DNA of 63,132 nucleotides, the filler included, from Atractiella rhizophila (lineage: Eukaryota): NCBI GenBank assembly GCA_021432655.1. It is 4 parts of 4 records of this genome, joined end to end, with 100 filler letters (N's around TTAATTAATTAA, not from the genome) between each part and the next. Parts side by side here need not be neighbours in the genome. Positions count along the whole stretch, not along the records: positions 36,333 to 54,388 come from MU271865.1; positions 54,489 to 63,132 come from MU271876.1; 2 more parts are not named here. One strand, given 5' to 3'. This document shows, piece by piece, positions 50,755 to 62,258 of this stretch; the stretch's first letter is position 1; every line of letters starts with the position of its first letter. A program made the position numbers and the translations under genes. Under the pieces are notes generated by a model, which ran no database searches, was not told the origin of the DNA, and saw only the letters and a program-made list of their open reading frames with translations.

Positions 50755-53700
50755 ATGGATGAATCACAAGAAGAATACGTCGAAGAATATGATGCGGAGA
50801 ACGACATCGAAGATTCACATCTCCCAGCCCACCCGTCTCCCAATCATCCCGGTCAGCCAGGCGGCAGCAAGAAGAGAAAGGAAGCTCCATCGACTGTTAA
50901 CGAGGAGCACGACGACCATCGGAAGAAGAAGCGCATACGAGCTCAACTTTCTTGGTGCGCTTGTTGTTTTCGTTCGTCAACGAATGCTGATTTCAATGGC
51001 TTTGTCACTCGGAAAGCGCGGAATGCAAAAGACGCAAAATCAAATGCGATAGAAAGTTCCCTGTTTGTATTCCTCCATCTGCCAACCTTTATTTCTGTCG
51101 ACGTAGTGAGATTATGCATTGTGACTGAACTCTGTGTCTTCGGATATGGACAGTGCGCGAGCTGCTTGAAAAGAGGCATAGGTGACAGCTGTCACTGGGA
51201 GAAAGGCTCTGGAGCAGTTGCGTGAGTCTTCCCGAATCTTCTCCCTTTAGTTTACTTTGCGAGCCGAAGGCTGTTTAAGATAAAAAAAGAGCTTTCGTGT
51301 GCCGGTCCAGGGTGCTTTCCTAGGCATCTCTGTTCATATTTCTTCTTCTCGACTTTGTTTCCTACGTCGACATTTTCCACTTCGCTAGCTGGAAATTGGG
51401 TCTGCGGTGCTTTTAGTGGATTTGTTCTTTTTGTAAACTTGGTCCCAGTTTATTGTGGTTCTTATGTTCACCAAGCTTTTTCCTTATTTTACAACATAAT
51501 AATTTATCACAGAGACAAGGTTACGTTTGGCACTGCTGCTATTGTCCCTGCTTACATTGTCTCCATTATATTTTCAGTAACATGTGAATTTGATTGACGA
51601 TTTTACAATAATTTTTCGTTTTCATTTAAAGGCTATAGTTTTTGAGCGCCTTCTGCCCCTTTTCATCAAGCTGTTAATCTGACAGTACCTGTAGTCAACC
51701 ATTTGCTCTCCGGCAAGACCACATGATTTCCCAGATTCGTCTAGCACGGCTCGAAGATGTTCGTCCTTTCTTTCTCGGTCTAACCTACAGACTCAATCCT
51801 CTCCCCTTTCAGCTCTTCACTAAGCTTCCGCGTTCTATCCTCGATTCGCTGCCCGATCCGTACCACCGCACCTCGAGCGACATCAAAAGTCGACTTTTCC
51901 CCCTTCTCACCTCTGCTGATCCTCCTAGTCTGGATGGAAGAGCTGACGACGCGGAACCCAGGGGAATGCCTGATTCGCTTTTTACAGTCAATACTGCCCA
52001 AGGAGAGTACAACCTGGATGTCGAAGACTTGATCCGTCTCCCACCTTCCAAGTCAGGGAACAATTCAGTGAGCACGGTCACAAGCGGAGCGCTCCGTCTA
52101 CCCCTGACTACAACTTCGAACGGGAGCGCAACACAAAGATCAATGTCGAGTGGAGGGATCTACATCCCATCGTCGGATCCTCCAAGCGTCCCTCAGAATC
52201 AGCTTTCTCCTTCTCCCTCTCGCGCAAACAGCACCATCTTCCTCGATCCTTCTTGTGAACCAATTGAAATGCAAGATTTGAACCCATTTGAGTCCGCTCA
52301 GGAGCAAGGTGATCGGATATTGAGAGAGTTTTGGAAAAATTTACCCAGCAAAGAGGCGTGTGATTGGTGTGTCCAAGAGTTCTTCGAAAAGCTCCATTGG
52401 TACATCAAGGTTAGCACGTCACGTCCTATGCTAATGTGCTGATTACGGACGTTTGATTCCTGTAGGGTGTCCACAGAGCCACATTCATGCAAGAATACCA
52501 GACTTTTTGGAATGTCATCCACACAGGTGGTCCTGGAAGTGCTGGATCCGGCCAAGAGCTAGAAGTGTTGAGAAGCATTGATCCTCTCTGGCTGGCTGTT
52601 TTCAGCATGGTTCACCTGTCCCTGCTCTTGTCATTTTCGTTTTCATTTAAAGGCTATGGTTTTTGAGCGCCTTCTGCCCCTTTTCATCAAGCTGTTAATC
52701 TGACAGTACCTGTAGTCAACCATTTGCTCTCCGGCAAGACCACATGATTTCCCAGATTCGTCTAGCACGGCTCGAAGATGTTCGTCCTTTCTTTCTCGGT
52801 CTAACCTACAGACTCAATCCTCTCCCCTTTCAGCTCTTCACTAAGCTTCCGCGTTCTATCCTCGATTCGCTGCCCGATCCGTACCACCGCACCTCGAGCG
52901 ACATCAAAAGTCGACTTTTCCCCCTTCTCACCTCTGCTGATCCTCCTAGTCTGGATGGAAGAGCTGACGACGCGGAACCCAGGGGAATGCCTGATTCGCT
53001 TTTTACAGTCAATACTGCCCAAGGAGAGTACAACCTGGATGTCGAAGACTTGATCCGTCTCCCACCTTCCAAGTCAGGGAACAATTCAGTGAGCACGGTC
53101 ACAAGCGGAGCGCTCCGTCTACCCCTGACTACAACTTCGAACGGGAGCGCAACACAAAGATCAATGTCGAGTGGAGGGATCTACATCCCATCGTCGGATC
53201 CTCCAAGCGTCCCTCAGAATCAGCTTTCTCCTTCTCCCTCTCGCGCAAACAGCACCATCTTCCTCGATCCTTCTTGTGAACCAATTGAAATGCAAGATTT
53301 GAACCCATTTGAGTCCGCTCAGGAGCAAGGTGATCGGATATTGAGAGAGTTTTGGAAAAATTTACCCAGCAAAGAGGCGTGTGATTGGTGTGTCCAAGAG
53401 TTCTTCGAAAAGCTCCATTGGTACATCAAGGTTAGCACGTCACGTCCTATGCTAATGTGCTGATTACGGACGTTTGATTCCTGTAGGGTGTCCACAGAGC
53501 CACATTCATGCAAGAATACCAGACTTTTTGGAATGTCATCCACACAGGTGGTCCTGGAAGTGCTGGATCCGGCCAAGAGCTAGAAGTGTTGAGAAGCATT
53601 GATCCTCTCTGGCTGGCTGTTTTCAGCATGGTTCACCTGTCCCTGCTCTTGTCCTTGCTCACGCACTGATACAAACTTTGTAGGTGCTTTGCATACCTTT

Positions 53701-54388
53701 GGACGCCGCCCTTCTCTCTGGCAAAACGCCGAAGGCGTTTGAGCACTATGCCCAAGGTTATACGAAGCTAATGCCCAAGTTTTTGTTAGAATTATCCTTG
53801 CTCTTTGCTTTCATACCGATTAATTAGGTTCCTTCTGTAGGTTTGGAATGTCCAAAAAGTGCCTGAGGTTGGGGGATTGGACTGGGCTGCCTCGCATACG
53901 AACGATTCAAGTTTGTTGATCGCTCTTCCCTGATCTAGACCTAACTAGGAGTCATAGTGCATTCTTCTTTTCGTACAGTTTTATTCAACATGTTGAAGCT
54001 CTTTTATGCTCATGAAGCGTTAGGTACCGTACCTCCAAAAAGGTGGCGGTCTAAAAAAGTGCGTGCCTCCCCAGGTCTTCAAATGGAACTGCAGAAACGG
54101 CTGACAGCATTGCAGATCAGAAGGACGGTACGTTCTTCCTGAGTTGGCATACAATGGTTTGTCAATATTCACTCTAACGGTCCATCCCCCAAAACTGATG
54201 ATATTGCTTAGTCCTAGTACTTGACTTTGCGGCGAACAAGGTTCGAAGTTTGGATGGCAGCCGGAATTCGCATAGGTACTTTTGTATTTGCATCCATTAC
54301 TCACAATCTGACATGTTTGTGGTACAACAGCTCAACTTCTCGGGCTTCACGACCTTGGGGATGACCCTCGAAAGATGCCTCCCCCAGA
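50755..54388 (+). CDS. Zn(II)2Cys6 transcription factor (paralog B), internally duplicated and cut by linker
   Basis: Spliced KKRIRAQLSCAECKRRKIKCDRKFPCASCLKRG..CHWE; FWKNLPSKEACDW; DPLWLA; LRLGDWTGLPRIRTIQ. Confidence 0.85.
51613..53653 (+). repeat. 1021-bp tandem duplication inside TF paralog B
   Basis: Units 51613-52632 and 52634-53653 are essentially identical (one SNP seen, GGCTATAG/GGCTATGG); the 239-aa ORFs are identical. Confidence 0.97.
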
Positions 54389-54488
54389 NNNNNNNNNNNN
54401 NNNNNNNNNNNNNNNNNNNNNNNNNNNNNNNNTTAATTAATTAANNNNNNNNNNNNNNNNNNNNNNNNNNNNNNNNNNNNNNNNNNNN
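54389..54488. other. Artificial contig linker
   Basis: N-TTAATTAATTAA-N, 100 bp. Confidence 0.97.
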
Positions 54489-55945
54489 AATGATTCTGAA
54501 TCTTGAGATAGTTGGAGTAAGTCCAGTGAGTTTTTGTGTGGGAAATAGCATGGTTGATCGAAGCTGAGGGAGATCTGTTGCGAATGTGGACAACTGCTGA
54601 AGCGATAGATGGCCAGAGAAAGAGAGGAAGACCTGATTCTTCAAACATGGCGACCATAGTCTCCTGAATCGTCCTATTGGCTCGTTCTGCCCTGCCATTC
54701 TGGTGAGGAGAGTTCCTGATCGTCTGTTCGCGCTGAATACCACAGGCCTTGAGGTATTGATCGAATTCCTTAGAGGAATAAGCGCCTTCCTTGTCCTCTC
54801 TAAACTTCTTGATCTTCTTCCCAGTAACATTCTCTACCCAATTCTTGAAGGTCTTGAAGAGTTCTGGGGCCTCTGATTTCTTCTTGAGGAAGGCAATTGT
54901 GCAATGATTTGTTGCTTCATCGATGAAGGTGACCCAATATCGATATCCTTCTCTGGAAGTGACTGGAAGAGGTCCATGCAGGTCTGAGCTGATCCTACCC
55001 AATACTTCCTTCTCCCTGGTCTCTGCTGACTTGTTGAAGACCCTATGCTGCTTCCCAGCTAGGCATGGCTCGCAAATAGGGTCTGGATCATCCTCTAGGT
55101 CCAAAATCATCCCATTCACAAGTTCCTTCCTCTTCAGACGCTTGATGTCCTCATAATTCAGGTGTCCAAGTTGTTGGATTAGGTGTTATATTTTTGTTGT
55201 GTTTGTGTGGTCAGCCACCTCAGTTTTTGTTTGCTTCACTTCGGAGTTTTATCCCCCTAGGGGGCAGTTTAGGCGGTCATCATCTTTGACCACCAATCTC
55301 TGTCCCCTAGGTATGCGTTTTCCTATCAATGTTTATCATCTTTGACCACCAATCTCTGTCCCCTAGCTCCATCCAGCATCAGATTCTCTCACAAGTCTCC
55401 TATGCCATAGAGAAGCATCCATGGGCAGTGTAGAAGCATTCCCAGCGAATTCTGGGGCAGGAAGGGTGTTCCCATCAAGTATTCCCAGCCATGCTTCCAT
55501 TCTTGTAGTCCACAGTAGCAGGAAGGCAGACTTTTTGATGCTGGAAGAAGAGAACCTTGTTGTGCTTGATGGAGACCCTCATTCCCTTGTAGATGGTGAG
55601 CTTGACGACTGATAGGAGGTTGTTGTAGAGCTTGGGGACATGTAGGACATCTGAGATGGTGATGGTGATGGTCTTCTTCTCCCCCAACTTGGCTTCAAAG
55701 ATCAAGCTCCCAATCCCAGCACTCCAAATCACTTCTCCACTTGCTACCCTGATAGGAATGACCTTCTTCTGATAGGTTCTGAACCAATGACGATGGGGAG
55801 ACATGTGGGAAGTTGCACCAGTGTCTGCTATCCACTCAAGGCTTGCTTGAGGCATAGTGACATCATTTGCTGCAGCAAGACTGTTCAGCCCAGCAAATTC
55901 CAACCCATTAAGAGCCATTTCCATCCCAAACATCCTCCTAGACCC
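54489..55945 (-). mobile_element. Ty1/Copia pol fragment (protease, GAG-pre-integrase, integrase) interrupted by a solo LTR
   Basis: WIADTGATSHM; LWHRRL/GHLN; CEPCLAGKQHR; SDLHGP; FIDEAT; SPHQNGRAERANRT. Confidence 0.93.
55172..55391 (+). mobile_element. Solo LTR family A with 5-bp TSD CAAGT
   Basis: TGTTGG...CTCTCA flanked by CAAGT (55167-55171 and 55392-55396); internal ~33-bp direct repeat. Confidence 0.92.
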
Positions 55946-56512
55946 TGTGGTTGAGTCCTAAGATCCCCTGATGTGATGTAGAAAGAGTGATAGGGGCTGA
56001 TGTGATGATGATGTGATGGTGGCAAATTTCGAAATTTTGACTCTTCTGATCAAGGTGATCTGTTGTAGGATAGTAGAATAGCCTATTGTGAATCCAATGG
56101 CAATAAAATCGTCCAGATCAGACCAGATTTGACTTCAAAAAGTCGAAAAATGCGTTTTGGGGGTATGAAGGAGGTGATGGAGTGGCTATCTCGAAATTTT
56201 CGCCTATTGTGACCAAGATGGTTCCTAGTAAAGTTGTAGCGCAGTGTTTCACGATCACAATAAGGCCTATAACGTCGAAATTCGTCAAAGTTTGAGTGCA
56301 GGGTGGTAAAGTGCGTTTTGAAGCAGGAGATGGGTGGTAAGGTGATAGATTTTGATATTTCTTGATTCCTGGGTAAGCAGACACCTTCTAAGGTGGTAAA
56401 GGAAGGTCTGAGGATCACAGATCTGTCTTGATCATCAAAATTGAGCGAAATTTGAGTGCAGGAGGGGTGAAAATGTGGTCTGGAGGAGGGGAAGGTGTAA
56501 TCCTAGCCACCA

Positions 56513-56787
56513 GCTCTCGCTACCATGTAAGGATCTAAGGCTAGGAGTAGTTGGTGGTCAATAATAATACATTAGAGAAGCATAGAGCGACATACCTAGG
56601 AGTAGTTGGTGGGACATACCTAGGAGTAGTTGGTGGGACATACCTAGGAGTAGTTGGTGGGACATACCTAGGAGTAGTTGGTGGTCAATAATGAGCACCA
56701 ACACTCCTAGGCAGAACTAAACTACATAGTGATGACTCATATGAGTCATATGAGGCAGATGACCAAAACAACACACTACAACTAACA
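56513..56787 (-). mobile_element. 5' LTR of family B (56526-56787) plus PBS (56513-56525)
   Basis: Minus strand TGTTAG...CTTACA followed by TGGTAGCGAGAGC (tRNA-iMet-type PBS); 24-bp tandem repeat GACATACCTAGGAGTAGTTGGTGG x4. Confidence 0.85.
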
Positions 56788-56789
56788 GT

Positions 56790-58268
56790 CAGTGGCAACA
56801 CACCCCAAGCAACTCACTTTCAACCACCTCTGCTGGATCCTTCAAGCGACACTGTCCTGATATCCCACATTCTCGGCACAGCCACGTCCCAGCATCTCCC
56901 TCGAAGAGCAGAAGGAATTTCAGCAAGTGGTTATGGAAGCAATGGCAGTACAAGACGAAGGGCAACCTGATGCGGATGAGGTCGATGAAGATTTGGAACT
57001 ACAGGCTGTTCAGGCTGCGATAGACTCTGGGTGAGAAGCATCCAGGCAAGGGCATTAGAGCAGGAACATCAAAACGAGAGAAATACCTTATCCATGCTCG
57101 TGAGATTCAGAAGAGCTCCTGATCAGATAACACAAACTCTGCATATGATGACAGTATTCAGTCCCTATGACATGTATTCATCTTGGCGAAAAAGTGTGGT
57201 ACAAATGATCAAGAAGGAGAAGACTGCTCATATGCTGTGGCTCAATTGGTCAGAGCAGCCTTCACGAATCACTTTGCAAGGATACTGGGTGCTGATTCAG
57301 GAGGACACCGACAGTGGTGGACCAATGGCAAAACATGGAAGGGGAATCCATTGATGTCAGTAGCAGTCTTATCTTTGATGATGGGCTTGAAGAAGAGGAA
57401 GGTGAAAGCAGGAGAGGTGTGGATTTTCCTCTTCCCTGTATACATCTCACACTAGATTAGGCTGCAGAGTCAGCACGAGCTCTTACAAAACAAACCCTGT
57501 TCCGGCTTTATGACTTGCTAATCATGAAACCAAACACAAATGCTGAAGCTGCAATGCATCGAAGACAATGCGCTCAGAGATACTTCTTGTATCTCATCAA
57601 TTTTCTATACGTGTTTCGTACCTCTGAACTCTTAGATTTGAAGGTAATAACTTCTATACTTTTTTCCCTTTCTTACTCTTCACAAGGATTGAACTGACAC
57701 AATTTCTGGTGCAAGCAAAACATTGGATTACGCTGTCTCCCTGACCATGTCAAGACGTACGAACTGGTTATCTCCCACAGGAAAACACAGCAGACTGGCA
57801 AAGTCCATCCTTTTGTCCTCTATGCAAACCACTACGAGCCAATTCTGTGTCCTGTTCAGGCACTATTCTGCCTTCTCCTCGTCTGCAAATCAACCGACAC
57901 AAAATGGTCTTCCCCTAATGCTCCTCTTCTCTGCGACATCAATGATCGGGAGAGAGTGTACCCCTCTCACATTCTCATGACAAAAGTCGTCACAAACTGG
58001 CTACGTCAAGACCTAAGAGCACTTGGACATTCGGATTGGATGCTGTATGGTACACATTCATCTCGCCGTGGTGGCGCACAATATTGGCACACAGAGTTCA
58101 GTTGGAGCATCCCCGAACTGTGTGCCTGGGGAGGCTGGAGCAATTCAGAAGCAATGACAGTTGTTTGCTATCTGTGGAGTGAGAATGATTTGGCACATCC
58201 GAGACATACATTCACCAACCCTCAGCTCAACTATCATCGTTCTGCAGGCACTGTGGGAACAGCAATAC
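56790..58268 (+). mobile_element. Crypton-like tyrosine-recombinase element, degenerate
   Basis: GNPLMS..LKKRKVKAGE; FLYVFRTSELL (catalytic R); RKTQQTG; LCPVQAL; YGTHSSRRGG (HxxR); WGGWS; VVCYL. Probable introns and frameshifts. Confidence 0.75.
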
Positions 58269-58434
58269 TGAGAGAATCTGATGCTGGATGGAGCTAGGGG
58301 ACAGGGATTGGTGGTCAAAGATGATGACCGCCTAAACCGCCCCCTAGGGGGCTAAAACTCCGAAGTGAAGCAAACACAACAAATGTGGCTGACCACACAA
58401 CACAAGACCATGAAATATAACACCTAATCCAACA
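58269..58434 (-). mobile_element. LTR family A, shorter variant without TSD
   Basis: Reverse complement of the 55172 LTR lacking one internal repeat; flanks AATAC and GAGGA differ. Confidence 0.88.
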
Positions 58435-59267
58435 GAGGAGGATTAAGAGGTTTAGTGAGGACAAGGAGGGGGCTTATTCATCAAGAGATTTCGATCAATA
58501 CCTTCGAAACTATGGCATCCAGCATGAGCAAACGATCAGGAACTCTCCCCATCAGAATGGAAGAGCAGAGAGAGCGAATAGGACGATTCAGGAGGGTCTA
58601 GTGGCGATGTTGGAGGAGTCTGTATTGCCTTTATTCCTTTGGCCTCACCTTGCTTCTGCTGTGGTTCATGTCAGAAACAGATCCACTTCGTCCTCTATCA
58701 ACCACTCCATTCCATACACCAAATTGACAGGAAAACTCCCTGATATTTCGATATTCAGGGTGATAGGGAGCACTGCTTATGTCCAAGTTCAAAAGGATGA
58801 CAGGGAACACAGTCTCGCTTCTCACACTCGAAAATGTGCATTCATAGGCTACTCTACAAGTGCAAAAGGTTGGGAATTTTGGGATCCTGCCTCCAGGAAA
58901 GTCTATACTCGAGATGTGGCAAAGTTTGACAAAAGGGAGATGCTCTGCAAAGTGAGGACGAAGGAGGACGCCTTAGAACCGCTGCAGGGAGCGTTGGATG
59001 AATGGAAAGAACACCAGGATCAGGTGGGAGATAGAAAGGACGGTGCTCCTGTTGTTGGAATGGTTTGGAGAGGAGGAAGAGGAGGAGAGGAGGAGAACGT
59101 CCTGGAAGAGCATCCTGTTCAACAGCAACTGCAAGTGGAGTCCCCAAATCGATTTGAACACCTAAAAAGAGAAGGAGAAGGTATAGAAACGGAGGATGAT
59201 AGGGAGGAGTCTCCAGATCCACTCCAGATCATCCCAGAATGTCCAGTAACACCTCCCATACGTCTTG
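58435..59267 (+). mobile_element. Copia integrase C-terminal fragment
   Basis: SPHQNGRAERANRT, LPLFLW, FRVIGSTAYV, KCAFIGYS..RDVAKFD. Confidence 0.9.
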
Positions 59268-59459
59268 TGTTAGTTGTAGTGTGTTGTTTTGGTCATCTGC
59301 CTCGTATGACTCATATGAGTCATCACTATGTAGTTTAGTTCTGCTTAGGAGTGTTGGTGCTCATTATTGACCACCAACCACTCCTAGGTATGTCTCTCTA
59401 TACTTCTCTAATGTGCTCATTTATTGATCACCAACCACTCCTAGCCTTAAATCCTTACA
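59268..59459 (+). mobile_element. LTR family B, second copy
   Basis: TGTTAG...CTTACA; inverted relative to 56526-56787, with fewer 24-bp repeats. Confidence 0.88.
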
Positions 59460-59531
59460 ATTTAGCCAATTGCACTAAAATGACCAGTCATTCCCAACAG
59501 TGCAGATTAACCCTTTATACCCAAGGTTCAA

Positions 59532-60449
59532 CACCATCTACAAGGGAATGAGGGTCTCCATCAAGCACAACAAGGTTCTCTTCTTCCAGCATCAAAAAGT
59601 CTGCCTTCCTGCCACTGTGGACTACAAGAATGGAAGCATGGCTGGGATACTTGATGGGAACACCCTTCCTGCCCCAGAATTCGCTGGGAATGCTTCTACA
59701 CTGCCCATGGATGCTTCTCTATGGCATAGGAGACTTGTGAGAGAATCTGATGCTGGATGGAGCTAGGGGACAGAGATTGGTGGTCAAAGATGATAACATT
59801 GATAGGAAAACACATACCTAGGGGACAGAGATTGGTGGTCAAAGATGATGACCGCCTAAACTGCCCCCTAGGGGGATAAAACTCCGAAGTGAAGCAAACA
59901 AAACTGAGGTGGCTGACCACACAAACACAACAAAAATATAACACCTAATCCAACAACTTGGACACCTGAATTATGAGGACATCAAGCGTCTGAAGAGGAA
60001 GGAACTTGTGAATGGGATGATTTTTGGCCCTAGAGGATGATCCAGACCCTATTTGCGAGCCATGCCTAGCTGGGAAGCAGCATAGGGTCTTCAACAAGTC
60101 AGCAGAGACCAGGGAGAAGGAAGTACTGGGTAGGATCAGCTCAGACCTGCATGGACCTCTTCCAGTCACTTCCAGAGAAGGATATCAATATTGGGTCACC
60201 TTCATCGACAAAGCAACGAATCATTGCACAATTGCCTTCCTCAAGAAGAAATCAGAGGCCCCAGAACTCTTCAAGACCTTCAAGAATTGGGTAGAGAATG
60301 TCACCGGAAAGAAGATCAAGAAGTTTAGAGAGGACAAGGAAGGAGCTTATTCCTCTAAGGAATTCGATCAATACCTCAAGGCCTGTGGTATTCAGCGCGA
60401 ACAGACGATCAGGAACTCTCCTCACCAGAATGGCAGGGCAGAACGAGCC
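59532..60449 (+). mobile_element. Inverted near-identical copy of 54679-55598 (Copia integrase plus solo LTR A 59738-59955, TSD ACTTG)
   Basis: Same solo LTR at the same site with the reverse-complement TSD. Confidence 0.92.
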
Positions 60450-61495
60450 CAGGACGCTGGGAGAAGCCCTTGATGACGAATCTAGCCTTATAACGCTCAA
60501 TTGAGCCATCAGACTTCTTCTTGATAGCAAACACCCATCTGGATCCAATGACTTTTGCTCCCTTTGGTGGCTTTACCAGCACCCAACTCTTGTTGTCCAA
60601 GTGCGCTTGAACCTCCTTCACCCTCTGGAGTCTTCATGGCTTCTGCATATGTCTTGGGGATGTGATCCTGCACTCCTGTAGCCATGGCCTGTTCAGTAAC
60701 CTCCATAAAACCACACTCCAACGCTTCAGGCTCCGTAATAATCCAACAATCCTTAGCCAGCATTGCCAACTCGTCCTCAGAGCTCTCCTCCTGTGGTTGG
60801 GGCAGCTTAGGTGCCTTCCAGAACTCGACTGGTGGTCTCCTCTGTTGTTCAGGATAGCGTCTTTCGACTGGTGGAGGAGCTGCAGGGGCAGGGATAGCTT
60901 GAGGAGGCGTCATTTGGAGAGGATCAGGCGATTCTGTCTGTCTTCCCACCATCATTAGTCCAGTCCAAGGGTCTCTCTGAGGAACAAGACGTAGTGGGGG
61001 CGTTACTGGCCGCTCTGGAGCAGCCTGTGGCCTGTCTGGTGCTTCTTCCCTCTCTTCCTCCACTTCCTGATCTTCTCCTTCATCCCTTAATCCTTCAAAA
61101 CGATTTGGGGACTCCACCCTAAGTCTCCCCCGCTCTCCCTGATCTTTCAAAACGTCCTCCTCCTCTTCATCTTCACCAAAATCCAAAAGGACGGCAGGAG
61201 CACCTCTCTTTCCTTCTCCCACCTGATCCTGACGTTCTTTCCACTCGTCCAGTGGTCCCTGAGGCGGTTCCAACGCATTTTCCTTCCTCCTGACTTTGCA
61301 AAGCATCTCCCTCTCATCAAATTTTGCAATATCTCGAGTGTAGACCTTCTTAGTGACTGGATCCCAGAAATCCCAGCCTTTAGCATTGGTAGAGTAACCT
61401 AGAAAGGCACATCTGCGTGTATGGGATGCCAGACTGTGGCTTCTTTCGTCCTTCTGAACTTGGACATAGGCAGTGGAGCCTAGGACTCTGAAAAA
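60450..61495 (-). mobile_element. Copia integrase C-terminus to RT N-terminus
   Basis: RCAFLGYS, PKTYAEAM, WVLVKPPKGAKVIGSRWVF..ERYKARFVIKGFSQ. Confidence 0.92.
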
Positions 61496-62258
61496 TTCGT
61501 CATCAAGGGGTTCTCTCAACGCCCTGGTTCGACTACTTTGATACTTTCACATCTACAGTCAAATGGGCGACACTTACGACGATTCTTTCACTCGCTTGTG
61601 TCTTGGACATGGAGTTGGAGTCAGTGGATATCTCTACGGCATTCCTTAACGGCGATATGGATGCAGAGGTCTATGCACAACAACCAGAAGGTCATCCACA
61701 GGGTCCTCCAGAGTACGTTCTCAAGCTAATCAAGGCCATCTATGGCACAAGGCAAGGAGGACGTCAATGGCAGAAGAACCTCGATAAGGAACTGGTCGAT
61801 ATGGGATTTAAGAAGATCAAGAGTGACTCTAGTCTGTAGATTTACTCGAAGGGGGACATCAAAGTACTTGTCCCGGTCTTTGTGGATGATATTACGATCG
61901 CTAGCACATCAAAGGGTGCTGTAGAGGACTTCAAGAGAGAGTTGGGAAGCGATTCAAACTCAGAGAACTTGGACCAACGGAATTCCTACTTGGGGTTCGT
62001 ATTAGGAGGGATAGAAACTGAAGAATGATGTGGTTGGATCAAGAACAGTATGTTAAGGACCTCCTAGAACGCCAACAGATGGACGACTGCAACCCCGTCC
62101 TCACTCCTCTCAACGTTGGACACGGTCTCAGCAAGCAGGACTGCCCTCAGACAAAGGAAGAACAAGAAGAAATGCGCACAATCCCTTACAGCAACGTTGT
62201 TGGCCCCATGATTTACTTGGCCATCTCCACTTGTCCAGATATCGCTCATACAGTCTTC
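61496..62258 (+). mobile_element. Copia reverse transcriptase fragment with stops and frameshifts
   Basis: VDISTAFLNG, QQPEG, KLIKAIYG, VFVDDI, LDQEQY, PYSNVVG..YLAISTCPDIA. Confidence 0.92.

Noticed and set aside
56589..56684. CRISPR-like array (24-bp repeats; also the 27-bp repeats at 13195)
   Set aside because: Head-to-tail repeats with no unique spacers, inside LTRs of a eukaryote.
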